64,000 nucleotides of DNA from the human T2T-CHM13v2.0 reference genome, Homo sapiens. The position numbers were made by a program, and so were the translations under genes. The notes under the pieces were generated by a model. It saw only the letters and a list, made by a program, of their open reading frames with translations, was not told the origin of the DNA and made no database searches. Positions 28,891 to 45,455 of this stretch are shown here, piece by piece. Location of the stretch: the NCBI RefSeq assembly GCF_009914755.1, contig NC_060929.1; one strand, written 5' to 3'. Position 1 is the stretch's first letter, and each line of letters begins with the position of its first letter.

Positions 28891-30114
28891 AATATTTTTA
28901 TAGAGAAGCTGTATTTTTATTCCCTTGGATCTAATGATGGCACAGTCACACTCAGAATCCCCAGACCCAAATACCTTCATTCAATAAATCAAAGGACATC
29001 TGCTCTAGTGCAAGGGCTGGTTCCCTGAACACAGTCATTGTGGCTGGGAAGGCAGTGGTTTTCAGAATCACCAGCTGCATATGGGAAATGGGAAAACGCT
29101 GGGGCTCCTTCCTGATTGAGAATCTCTGCAGGTGGGTGGGAATTTGCCATTGTAATAATGCCAGAGATCATTCTTAACATATTAAAAGTGAAGGAGTCAC
29201 TGGGCATGGTAGTCACAAAGGCTGGGAGTTTCAGAGTTGAAGGTGACTTTGAAGGCCTCTTTCCTACTTCTTTTGGCCCTTAAAAAAAAAGTGTCTTGGT
29301 GCCCGATTCTCTCCTTCCCCACTCCTCCCTCCACCCACCCTTCTCCTCTATCCTATTTACTCTTTTTGCCTCCCCTCTGCCTGGTTCAACTACATACTCC
29401 TGAAGCCTTTGCCCTCTGCTTGCCTTCCTCTATCAGAACTCGTTTCCTTCCTGCCAGGGCTCAAGCTGACTTTCCCCAACCAATTTCACATGAAGGGGCC
29501 AGTTACAGCTTCCAGCACTCTCAAGTCTCAGTTTCTGTTTTTAAGCAGATCTTTTATCACTTTATCAAGGCGTTCCTAGAGAAATTCCAAAAGAAGAATA
29601 TCCATCATCTGTCCCAGGTAAGTGAGGAATATACTGTGGGACAAGGGCCCCGTTCCCCAGCCTGTGTAGCCATCACAAGTCAGGCCAGCAGGTCCTCATA
29701 CCTGACAGCCTGATTCCCAAATGGCCAATTCCTGGACTCCTTCATCCTCTACCATCTCTTACCCTCCTCTACTTTCCAAAGCAAGAAAACAGGGTGTTTC
29801 CTTTTTGCATAGGAAAAGCCTCCTTCCCCTGGCCTGTCTTCATCCTATTACCCAGCTCCAGATCTCGGATCGCGACCTAGATTTACTAATGCCTCCAATT
29901 CATTTTCCAGGGAGCTGGCAGCTTCCCTCCTGGTCAGGGCCTGGCCCGGGCCTGGCCCATGGAGCCCTATTCTTCTGTTTGCTGATTTCTGCTGCGACAT
30001 TCGGCTCATAATATCAGAATTATCAAGGCTGATGCTTCCCCAAATAATTATTAATAAGAACCCATTCCATGAGTTTTTTGTTCTAGGAAGGGAGTTGTCT
30101 TCAACATATATATA

Positions 30115-30311
30115 TTTGTTTGTTTGTTTGTTTTGAGACGGAGTCTCACTCTGTTGCCGGACTGGAGTGCAGTGGCACAATCTCGGCTCACTACAACCTC
30201 TGCCTCCCAGGTTGAAGCGATTCTCCTGCCTCAGTCTCCCGAGTACCTGGGACTACAGGTGCGCACCACCAAGCCTAGCTAATTTTTATGTTAGTGGAGA
30301 TGGGGTTTCAC
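30115..30311 (-). mobile_element. 5'-truncated Alu
   Basis: Right arm plus short part of left arm, (TTTG)n tail. Confidence 0.9.
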
Positions 30312-30647
30312 TTCAGCCAACATTTTAAAAGATTGTTTTTGCTTGGTTTGAGGAATGGTTTTTTTGAATTTCTTTCTTTTAAATTGAGAGGAAGAATAAA
30401 ATAGACCCGAGGGTAAAAAGATAAAGATGGGAGGTAGGGTTGGGGAAAGACTAGTATTTTAGCAGTCCGCAGTGGGGGATGGGAGATGGTCAGCCTTCCA
30501 GCTGGGGAGAAACCAAAGTCAGGAAGCCAAGGGTGAGAATCCCGAGAACTAAGCAACACTGAGACTGGCCAGAATAGTCACTCTTTTACTGTACGCTATG
30601 TCTTACAGAAATACCTTCAGAAAGAATAGGTTGAAAAAGCCCTGCTG

Positions 30648-30945
<298 letters not shown>

Positions 30946-30980
30946 GAAAAAGCCCTGCTGCACCTCATCAACATCTAGAA

Positions 30981-31174
30981 CAGGGGTCAACAAACTATAG
31001 TCCACCCCCTATTTTTGTAAAGTTTTATTGGAACAGAGCCACACCCATTAATATTCTCTACAGCAATTTTTACCTTACAACAGCAAGAGTAGCTGTAACA
31101 GAGACCATATGGCCTGCAAAGTCAAAAATATTTACTATTTGGCCCTTTACAGACAAAAAGTTTGCCAACCTCTG
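30981..31174. mobile_element. MER58A hAT-Charlie element
   Basis: caggggtcaacaaact...aaaatatttactatttggccctttacag...agtttgccaacctctg TIRs. Confidence 0.88.
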
Positions 31175-31790
31175 GTGTAGAATGCTGTATCCTATAATGC
31201 ACCACTTTACAAACTTGTTTCCTTAGCAACAGAATGCATTTCTGTGAAAAATATTTTAAATGTGGAAACCCACGAAAAAGATAAGTGCAGAGAAGAGACA
31301 GCAGTCACAGTCCCAAGACCTCAGCCTTCCCTTTGCTCCCCTCTCCTAATGGTGTTTCTAAAACCCAGGGTTCCGTGAAATCGAGTTTGAAAATAGCTTC
31401 AGAGCACATGCTTTTTGAGGGCAAGACACTGCTTTAATTTCTTATGTGTCTATTTAGTAACTGGCAGCTAAAATACACTCAAGTTTGACAGATGAGGGAT
31501 GAAGTGCTTCTAGTCAAGACCCAAATCCCCATGGCTGCTGTTGAACATCTTTCTGTCTTCTGTCATCCAAACTCCCCTCAAGAGTGACTCACACCCACTG
31601 TCTTCTCTTCCTATACCTTCATGTCACTGGCTTTTGACTTTAGCCCCATTGCTGTGCTTGAACTGTTGTCACCAAGGTCCCCAGTGATATCTTTAGCTAC
31701 TACAGGACATGGGCATTCTCCAGTTCTTCTCCTCAGGTGACCTTTTGAGCATCTGACAACTCCTGAATCTCACTACCCCTTTGGGTTCTT

Positions 31791-33431
<1,641 letters not shown>

Positions 33432-34570
33432 TTGGCTTCTTGTTACTCCACAATCTCCAGGTTATTTTTGACTGTCTTTGGCCTTTGCTTCCCTGTGTCT
33501 GAAGTGAGCTCCTCTTTCTCTGACCTCTTCTTAAACGAAGATATACTTTAAGCATTGACATCATCTCAAATCTAAATCTAAATGTTGAGTGCTCACAAGT
33601 TTCTATTTCAAGCCCAGGCTTACCTCCTAAGTTTCAGACTCATTTATCTAACTCTCTGCTAGATAACTCCACCTGGCACTCCAAACTCAACCTGTCGCAA
33701 TTTGAACTCACCATATTCCTTACAGCTGATTCCTCTTTGGAATTCTCTCTGTCACTTGAGGATACCATCATCTGGCCAGTTGTTGTCAACTACAACCCTG
33801 TGACCTTGGCATCTTAAATCAAACAACCAAATTCTACCCATTTTGTGATCTGAGACTTCTTGGCTCCATCCCCTGTCTCCCTCCCTTATTATCTCTCTCA
33901 AGATGGCTATAGCAGCCTCCTACCTGGGCTCCTGAATCTTGTGCTGTAATCCATTCTGCATTCTGCAGCTACAGGAATTATGCCAGTCACCATCCCCAAC
34001 ATTCACATACCTGTAAGCCATCTATGGCTTCCCAGTGCACACAGGGTAAAGGCCAGATCCATGGTGATGGCTTACAAGGGCCTACAAAGGCTGGTCCTTG
34101 TTTGTCTTTCCCTGTCTCATTTTCTATATTCTCCTTCACTCACTGCCTCCCAGCTATACTGATCTCTCTATTTGTCAAACATGCCACGCTTCTTCCAACT
34201 AGAAAGGCTTTATCCATGTTGTTCCCTCTGCTTGGTGAATAACTCCTATTCATCCTGTAAATCTTAGCTCAAACATCACTTTCTCTGGGATGCTGCCTTC
34301 CCTGACCAAAAATAAAATATAGTCATCATGGGATCCTAGGCACCATGAACGTCTCCTTCTTAACTCATCGCAGCTATAATTTCACACTTGTTTTTATAAT
34401 TATTGCTTAATATATATATTCACTTACTAGACCCTAAACTTCAAGAAGGCAGGAGCCAAGTCTGATTTTTCTCTTAGACATATCCCAGTAGCTCCCCCAG
34501 TTCTGCATATCCACAGCCCTTAGCACAGGGCTGGCTTCTGAAAGTACAAATAATTACTGTGTGAATTAAA
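33432..34570 (+). mobile_element. L2 (continuation of ~31540-31790)
   Basis: caaactcaacctgtc...gaactcacc...tcttagctcaaacatcac...aggcaggagcc...cttagcacagggctggc. Confidence 0.7.
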
Positions 34571-34578
34571 TTATTTAC

Positions 34579-34993
34579 TGTTGTGGTTTGAAGGAATGCT
34601 CTAAAACTCATGCTGACACTTAACCCCCAATGTGGTAATATTGAGAGGTGGGAACTTTAAGAGGTAATTAAATGGTGAGGGCTCTGCCCTCATGAGTGGA
34701 TTAATACATTCATGGATTAATTGATTAATGGGTTATTGTGGGAGTAGAACTGTTGGCTTTATGAAAACAGGAAGAGAGACCTGAACTAGCATGCTAGCAC
34801 ACTCAGCCCCCTCACCATGTGATGCCCTGCACCACCCTGACAATCTGCAGAGTCCCCACCAGCAAGAAGGCTCTCACCAAATGCAGCCTTGGATTTCTCA
34901 GCCTCCAGAACCGTAACAAAAAAAAGTTATTTTCTCTATAAATTACCTAGTTCCAGGGATTCTGTTATAAGCATCATTAAACAGACTGATATA
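34579..34993 (+). mobile_element. MSTC-like MaLR solo LTR
   Basis: tgttgtggtttga start, tctgcagagtccccaccagcaagaagg, TSD tttac/cttac. Confidence 0.85.
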
Positions 34994-35659
34994 CTTACCT
35001 TTCATCCAGACTTGTTCCCCTGAAATCCACCCTGAACACATTCTACCTAAAATACCCATGAGACCTTGTCCCTGCCCTGCCCTTCAGTGGCTCCCCTTGG
35101 CCTGCAGGATGAAGTCAAGCTTCATGCTATACAAGCCCCATCACAATCATTACCACTCTCTAGGCTCATCTCTGCCCTCGTTGCTGGGCACATCATGCTC
35201 CAGAAGCCCGGTTCTGCTTCCTGATTTCAGCACACATCACGCTATTTCACACCTAGGACGGCTGCTCCTGGGATGTAATTCACTGGGATTCACCAATTGT
35301 TAATGTATTAGCATAATCACTTCTTCTCTCTCTCCCCCTGTATGTGTGCATATGTGTGTATGTGTATTTGGGGGAGCATTTGAAGCCATCATGGCACTTC
35401 ACCCCTGAACGTTTCTGAAGGTGTCATCTAAGAACAAGGTCATTCAATTTCATCACCACAACGTAACTGTCACATCTGGGAAATTAAGCATTAATATAAT
35501 ACTACTCTAAGGACCGTATCCCTAATTATCTAATTAATGTTATAGTTTTTTGTTTTGTTTTGTTTTCTCTGATATCTCATCTCATCCTCCCTGCCCCTCA
35601 CCCATCTCCAGTCTACATCTGGTTTGCTGACTCTACTTCCTTTTTTCCGCAATGATTTC

Positions 35660-36080
35660 AGAAAGGGCAGAGATGACCAGTTGTACACCAAAACCTGTTT
35701 CTTCTTCTTCTTCCCCAGCACACAGCTTGACCTCATTTCTGAGCCTCCCTTGAAGCTGTGTATGTGACTGTATGGCTGAGTTCTAATGACAGAGGTGGGT
35801 ATGATTCTCAGGCCACGGTTTTTATGAAGCAGCAAGTTCTTGTGCATGCTCTCTCTTTTGTCAGCTCAGTGCCAACGATGAAGACAAGCCTTTAGGGAGG
35901 AGTGGAACCACAAGATAGAAAGAGCCCTGGGTCATCATATCAATGGATGGAAGAGAGTCTCATATCAAGCAGGAACACCTGCCTTGGGTTTATAGGTAGG
36001 TAACAATAAGCTTCTATTATGTTTGAGCCATTTCACAATTGAAGATCTATTTGTTATAGCAGCCAATGTCACCAAATGTG
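35660..36080 (+). mobile_element. Old MLT1-type LTR
   Basis: gcctcccttgaagc...ataagcttctattatgtttgagcca...tttgttatagcagc. Confidence 0.6.
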
Positions 36081-37088
36081 GTTAATATTCTTCTATAGAA
36101 AAGGGACTAGATGGATTTTCTTATCTAGAACCTCTTACCTTAAGAGAAAATGAGAAGTAGAGGAGAAGCCTTGGGCATGATTTTCTAGGCAGAAGTCATC
36201 CCAGGAGCTAAAGGGAGGAGAAGGAGCATGGATAGATGTAAGAACTCAGTGTATGGAAACTCCATCCCCAGATCTCTGTCTGCTAACATGCGTGAGTGTG
36301 CTTGCAACTAGTTATACCTTTGTGCAATGAGGATTCCATTTAAATCTTAAGGAGCATTGGAGAAAACAGTTAACACAGAGACTGTTTATGAATGCAGAAC
36401 GTCTAACAAAGTGAAAAGAGAAAATCTATAAAAGTTTGCTTTAACAATGTGAAAGTAAATGAATAAATAATTATAGCCATTATGTAAACTTCTCATTTTG
36501 TCTAATTACCATGCAACACAACAATAAGATTTATCATTAAATATGTCAGATTCACTTTGTTGTTCATTCATTTGATCGCAATTCCAAATTTTGTTCTTGA
36601 ATGTACAGCCTGCATTGTTTGTTGTTCATAGCTGAAGAAATTAGAGGAAAACTTACTCAACACTCAGCTTTATAGCTGAGGAAAACTTGAGAACTTTTCA
36701 TCAGCATCTAAATGTTATGGTTCTTCATAACTTGTTTTAATTTTCGACCATGTGGACTGAATTGGAAGTAGGCTGAAAAGTGAGAAATGTTGCTGAGCCA
36801 GACATCTCAGGCTTTTGATGGGTCCTCTGGTTCCATCCAGTCTGGGGTGCTGCATGCCGCATTCCTGCTCAGTTAGATGAGGCTGGAGTTTGTCAATTCC
36901 AGAGTCTGACTTCACTTCCAATCCCTGGACATCTCGGTATATCTAATTAATTGCATGTATATTATTTGTATATATTAATTGCTTAATAATATACCAATGA
37001 TGCTAAAGTGCCCCAGCAGAGTTATTCTATGTGAGCAGAAATGGAAAATATTCAACACTTCAACACCATATAATGCTAATAACATAAT

Positions 37089-37157
37089 ATAATTATAACA
37101 TAATAACAGCATCTGACACTTACATAATTATACATAATAACAGCATCTGACACTTAC
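37089..37157. repeat. 34/35-bp tandem duplication at a MIR end
   Basis: ataattat(a)acataataacagcatctgacacttac twice. Confidence 0.9.
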
Positions 37158-37443
37158 TGGGCATGTACGTGGTGTCAAACACTGTTTTACATCTCAGTGT
37201 ATCTTTATAACAATTCCACGAGAGAGGTAGAGTGGTTCACTACTTTCCAACCTTAAAGTTTGAGGGCCTATGGAACTTGCCCAAGGTCTCAGTCCCCTGG
37301 TAACTGTTGGAAGTTCTCATTCATTATTTTTTCTTACAATATCCTGAGATAATGTCAATCCTGGTATAGGCAAAACTGTGAAGTGGGGGAATTTGTGTTC
37401 ACTGCTCTTTCATTGCTCTTTGAAGAATTTGGGAATATGGACG

Positions 37444-37499
37444 TTGGTTTGGGGTTGAGTGGGAGGGCTCATTGGTTTGGGGTTGGGTGGGAGGGCTCA
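37444..37499. repeat. 28-bp tandem duplication, G-rich
   Basis: ttggtttggggttg(a/g)gtgggagggctca twice. Confidence 0.9.
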
Positions 37500-38149
37500 C
37501 TGTAACAAGTTATATATATACATATTATTTACCATGTATATATTTTGCTGAGGCCAACCCAATTCTCAATGAGCCTATGATCTAGTTGAAGAAGGCTAAA
37601 CAGTCAACAGGCAGTTGCAATCCAGTGGGATAAGTGCTGTGATGGGAGAAGTTAAGACTCTGTGGAAACCTCTAACCAAATTCGAGGGCAATCAGGAAAG
37701 GCTTCCTGGAGAAGGCATCTATGTTGAGGCCTACAGGACAGGAGGCAATAAACCAGAAGGAGTGAGAAGACAAGAAAAGAGGGTTCCAGGCAGCAGAACC
37801 AGTACAGCTGTGTAGATGAGAAGAGACTGGCGAACAGGTGTTGACAGTACACTGGCTTCATCAGATAAGCATCGAGTGCTCCTTTCCAGAAACTTTTTCC
37901 TTGCCTGCTACAGTGCCTGATTTTCTCAACATTGATCCATTAACAAACAATTCTATCAATACATCTATAGCATTTATTACTTATTTACTACACAAAGCAT
38001 TGGGTAAAGAATTGAGAATTCAAAGAACTCTGAGACCCTGCCTCTGCCTTCTAAGAGTTTTACTGAGTGCGGGTGGGGTTGGAACATTCTCAGAGAAAAA
38101 AGAAAAATTTAAATAATAAAGCAGGTTTTTGAATAAGAGGAAGAAAAAT

Positions 38150-38395
38150 GCCATGGTGAATCACTCAAGCTTTGGAGTCAAACCTTACTTCCACCATTGA
38201 CTACCTAGGTGACCTTGCACAAATTACTTACCTTTTTGATCCTCAGTTCTCAATCTATACAATTGGAATAATAACACATCATTTTCAAGACTGTTGCAAG
38301 GACTAAACAGTTAATGCTTGCACGGCACTTAGAGCATGCTGCTCAGCACAGAGCAAGCTCACAATAAATGTTTTAGCCATTATGATATTACTATA
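38150..38395 (+). mobile_element. MIR
   Basis: gctttggagtcaa...gtgaccttgcacaaattacttacc...cctcagtt...caataaatgttttagc. Confidence 0.75.
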
Positions 38396-39289
38396 ATTAA
38401 TTCACCACATAAATACTTGAGTGCCTGCTCTGTGATGCCTTTCCTGCTTTTTACTTCATGCCCTTTTGGCTCCATGCCGTACCAGCCATTGCCCTAGCAC
38501 CTGTCTCTCCTCTTTCCACTGGATTCTTCTCTCCAGTCAGCATCATCTGGTCAAAGAAGCATAAACCATGAGCTCTGGAAAAACTGGTTTGTCTGTCTCA
38601 CAAGCAGGCCTCAGAGTTCCCTGGGCACCTCTCTAAATCTCCCTGGACTGTTTGTCTTACCATACAGGGAGACTATTCTCTCCTGACCGACTGCAACCTT
38701 CTGTTCCCACTCACATAGCAGTGAGTTATATACAACACAGGGACATCTCTCACTGTGTTATGATCTGCTTCTATCTATTACTAATTCTATTAACATTTAA
38801 CATTTGCTGAGCCTGTATTAGGTACTGGAAGGAGTCGACAAGGGACTTGCATAGGATTATTAAGTTGGGATGAAACATCTAGCCTTAAACCATTATGGAG
38901 TGCATGCTCAAATAGAATCAGCAATCAAAAGCAGTTTTTTTAAAAAAGACTAAAATCTAGTCAATTTATGTATTTACCTACTTGTTTACTTATGGCCAAT
39001 GTTGATATCTCCTGTATTTCCAAACCCAGTGCCAGGGAAAACTGGAACACCATTAAGATAAGCTGGAAAATGACATGGGAGAGCAGGCCTGATGATGCTG
39101 GTGGGACATGATAGGTTTAGAGTTGTGGACAAGTTAATTTCAGGGCCATCCAAGGCACGGTGTGCAAGTGAAAATGTCCAATCAAGCAGTTGGCAATTTG
39201 GGAATAGAGTCAAAGAGAGGGGACAGGCAGCAGTAGATTTAGGCATCCTTCCCAGAGGAATGGCCACCCCTTAAATAAAAGTCTTCTGG

Positions 39290-39558
<269 letters not shown>

Positions 39559-41433
39559 ATAAAAGTCTTCTGGGATCAGAAGTCCCGGTGAAGGGGCGAA
39601 TATTTTATGAGGGTTTTGGTAACACTTCACCAGGGCTACTTAGACTTCTTTGCCAAAGGTTAGAGAAAGTGGACTAAGACCCAAGGGGTCTGGGCTGCAA
39701 CCCCCAGCCGCTTATCTTTGAAGTCTCTTGTTTTAAAACATCGTGTGAATTTTTCATTCCATTCCACAATATACAAATAAGGTTTTAAATTACCTTTGAG
39801 TAAAACTGACATTGCAGTATGACAGGTGGCATTTAGCCTGCAGCTCCACATAGGATAAATTATTCTGAGCACACATGCATAGAAGGAGCTCACACTTCAA
39901 CTTGAGACACAAGGCATTCAGCGAGGAGCAGGAATGCCACCATCAGATGAGCTGGAAGGTTTGCAAGGGAAGCCCTAGAGGGAGTGGAACTCCAGACCAG
40001 GGGGTTTCGATGAGGGTAAGACCACCTGGAAAGGTCTGGTTGCCAGGAGGGTGTAAGGTGGAGGGGTCACCTGGGTGATCTCAGGTCTTGGGGCTCTATA
40101 TGATGGGATAAGGACCTAGGAAGGGATAAAGAAGTGCTGGGAGGCCAAGCATTGGCAGTGCCTGTTGACTATGGGTAGAAGGCAGGGAAACTGCCTGGGA
40201 CTGGGTGATCAGGGAGCCCTTTGCTTTGGGATTCTGTAAATGAAGGACTTTGGGAAGTTCTCCGCGGGGCCACTAGCAGGCTGAGATTTCTCTCCTGAGT
40301 GGAAACAGATTGCCAGAGCTTCAATCCCACAGCATATTTCACTGACAGATTGGGTGCGATTTTTCCCGAGATGAGGGCGTTTCAAAAGCAGAGGAGGAAA
40401 GGGAGGCTGGGAGGGGAAGGTGGGTGGGGGAAGACAGCTGTCAGCTTCAGTGTGGCTTCAGGACAGCTCTTGCAGATGTGGGCAGAGCAACAACTGCCAA
40501 TTTCCCAAGCCTCGGGCGATTCTCCAAATCTGGGGTCACAGGAGGGTGGGGGCAATCCTGATTGTACAAGAGGGTCCTGAGAGGCTTTGGGGACACAGAG
40601 CCTAGCTTCAGGGTGGGCTCACTTTGCATGTGAAATGAACATAACTCCTTGTACCAAATTAAACCAATTTGATCAAAATTTGTAATGCAGAGGAGCATAA
40701 TTAAATTGAAGATTTTAATTAGGCACAGTTTTGATGAAACTTAACGGGAGCCGGCAGGAACAGTCTTGCTGTCTGCTAAACATAATCCTGCCTGGTGAAG
40801 AGCTCTATAGTTGATGATCTTTAATGACTGCCCAGCTCTCAGCTTCGTAGATGGTGTTGCAGTCAGTTTGGAGGAGGCCGGGGAGGTGCGAGCAGACTGG
40901 GGGAGGAAGAAGTGAGGTGGGACTTGCATGCGCAGGGAGGTGTCTTGTCTCTTTCAAAGGAATGCTGCTGCTAAACTTTCGGGGTACCCAATTACTCGCT
41001 TTTCATCTGCCAAGGTGGAGAAATTCATAGTGGAGAATTACATTGAGGGCTGTTTTACAGTAATGAGGCAGGAAGGAGAGGGCAGGGCTCGCTCCTGGAT
41101 TGAGAGGGCCTCTGCGGGACTTCTTTGCTAATTGCTTTGTGCCTCTCAATTTCACTTCACAAAGCTTGAATTTTCCCTTGGCTCCCAACAACAACAAAAC
41201 ACAATAAAAGGCCTCTGGGAACAGAGAGTGGGGAGAGCCCTCAGCTTTCAGGACTAGATGCTCAGAAGGGCCTGGCCAGGATCTGTTTCCCCAGCACAGT
41301 ATTCAGTATATAGGGGAGATAGTAAACACCACATCACTGAAGGGATGAAGAAATGAACACAACAGTAAATGGATAAGTCATTTACCCTAGGACTCTCCTG
41401 ACAAAGAGAAAGAGTTAAAAATATGAGCCAGTT

Positions 41434-43110
<1,677 letters not shown>

Positions 43111-43227
43111 GGGAATAGGACCCATAACTGATGATTTTTCGAAGATGCTTAGCTTTAGTTTGGCATATTACTACTCCTTGCTATTTATCAAAGACTGAGA
43201 GTAAAATACTAAAATACTAAAGAGACT

Positions 43228-43345
43228 TAATTAAGGAATATGCTTAAAGAAATTCAATGACTTATTCTTAGGCATATAGGTATATATAGTTATTCATACA
43301 CTTAAAAATAATTCATTGCATTTCCTTAAGCATATTCCTTAATTA
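43228..43345. repeat. 118-bp inverted repeat (50-bp arms), family not recognised
   Basis: Arms 43228-43277 and 43296-43345, 43/50 identical by manual alignment. Confidence 0.9.
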
Positions 43346-43506
43346 GATGACCCCCCACGAAAATTGGCATCAAATGAAGGGCCTTGTATATTTCTATATA
43401 ATGAAAATGTAAGTAGAATATGCATTGCATAAATGGTACATGAATCGTTTGCTCTTCTGAACATTTTACATCCTTTTTCAAGTTAACTGCTAGTTGACTT
43501 ATTTAA

Positions 43507-43687
43507 AGTGGTGGTTGTCAATCACAGCTGCCCAGCACAATCATCTGACCAGCTGGTTAAAACTATGGACCACTAGGACCCCACCCAGAGAGATTTAGTA
43601 GGTCTGGGCTGTTTCCAGGAATCTCTGTTTTTAACAAAGACCCCCAAGGGATTCTGATGGCCATGGTTCAGCATTTGGTAACCCCAG
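43507..43687. mobile_element. MER5A-like hAT element
   Basis: gaccccacccagag...ttagtaggtctggg...aggaatctctgtttttaacaa...gattctgatg. Confidence 0.7.
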
Positions 43688-44348
43688 TTTTTCTGGATTA
43701 TATCAAAGGCAAACTTGAGCTCTGCACCATGCAAATAAATAATCAATTTTCTAAACTGACAGGGATCTAAGTTGACAAGGTTGGGGGAGGATATAAATGT
43801 TTTGCTTATACAGGCAACAGGATTATTGACTTATCACATGCTTGCTTCCTTCCTCTTCTTTCCTCTCTTCCACCCCCATTAAGGCCTGAAGATCTTAGTT
43901 CACACAAATCTTTCAGCCAGTGCACATATATGTCCTGCTCACATACACACATAACGTCTTTCTCCTTCCCTCTCTCTCCATCTTGCACATACACACACAT
44001 ACTCTCTTCTCTATTTATGTTCACCAACACTGCCTCAGTTCAAGTTCTTGTCAACTTTCACTCAGGCCATGCTCACAGTTTCCTAATTTCTTTCTTTGCC
44101 AGACCAGCCACTATCACCTCTAGTCCATTCTCTAGGTGTTAACTGCTGGAATTAACTTTCATAAACTAAGCCTGATTCCCTCAGGCTCCTTCTCTATGAG
44201 AAAATTCTCTATTGCCTATTGGAAAAATTCCAAACCTCTTGGCGTAGCATTCAATCACTGTTATAGAGTGATACCAGTGTTCTTTGTCAGTGAGGCTTCC
44301 TCCATTACCGATACCAATTCGCTTGAGCCCCATCCATACCTACGAATC

Positions 44349-44455
44349 CACACTTGTTTCTTCACACCTGCCTCTCCACACCTGCCCTCCCACACCTGTC
44401 TAGACACCTCGCCTTTGACACCTGCCTGTACACACCTGTCCATACACACCTCCAT
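44349..44455. repeat. Degenerate 14-bp minisatellite with CACCTG core
   Basis: cac(c/t)t(g/c) cores at 44351, 44365, 44379, 44393, 44405, 44419, 44433, 44447. Confidence 0.8.
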
Positions 44456-45189
44456 GCCTTGGTCGGAAATTCATTCATTCCTAGAACTGCCTGGTCAACT
44501 CTTCCTCATCCATTAAGAACCAACTCAGATGTTCCCTTTCCTCTAAAGTCTTCCTCAGCTCCATAGCCAGAGCCTGTTATTTCTTCCTTTATTCTCAGTG
44601 TAGCAATTTGCGCATATCTTTATTGGGACATTTACCATGTTTTCTTGTAATTCTTTCTTTCTTTCTCACCAATCTCCTAAATCAAACTGTAAAAGTATTC
44701 ACCATTCTATGCATAGTGCCTAGCTCTATGTCAGGCTTAGAGTTTGGGTCTTCAATAAATACGTGGAGAGATTTTTTTTCTCTTTCCTTGCTGTCAAGCT
44801 TTCAATAAGCTGGGTTCTTAAAGTGATCAGTGTTTCTGTCTGTAGCAGCCCATCTTCTGTCTTCTGATTTATTTGCTGATATCTAGGAAAGCACGTAGCT
44901 GAGCTTATTAGAATTTCGCAAAAAACAAGAGGTAATAGTTTTCTAGAGGGCACCAGAGTGACTCTCTTTGAATAAAATGCATCGGCTTTAGTATGTGGTC
45001 TTCCTGCAGTCTCATATCTTGCTTCTTTCTGGGTTCTCAGTATGTTCTGAAGATTTAGGCTGCTGTGTAGTTATCTATGGACAAGTAAGAAATATATATT
45101 ATGGAAATTGAGCCATGTTGTTTATTTTTTTATTCCCCAAAATTAAAATAAAAAACAACAGGAAAGAGAGGCCATGAAAATTCACAGAA

Positions 45190-45418
45190 GTTTCTTTTTC
45201 TGTTGCTTATAACAAAGTACCTGAAACTACGTAATTTATAAATTAAAGAAAACATTTCTTACAGCTATGGAGGCTGAGAAGTTTGGGGTTGAGGGCCCTC
45301 ATCTGGTGAGGGTCTTCTTGCTGGTGGGGACTCTGCAGAGTTCTGAGATGGTGCAGGGGAACACATGGCAAGGAGCTGAGCATGCAAGCTCAGGTCTCTC
45401 TTCCTCTTCATATGTATG

Positions 45419-45455
<37 letters not shown>

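Noticed and set aside
29237-29713. 158-aa ORF as a single-exon gene
   Set aside because: Non-ATG start, low-complexity N-terminus, no homology recognised; only the internal exon candidate is retained
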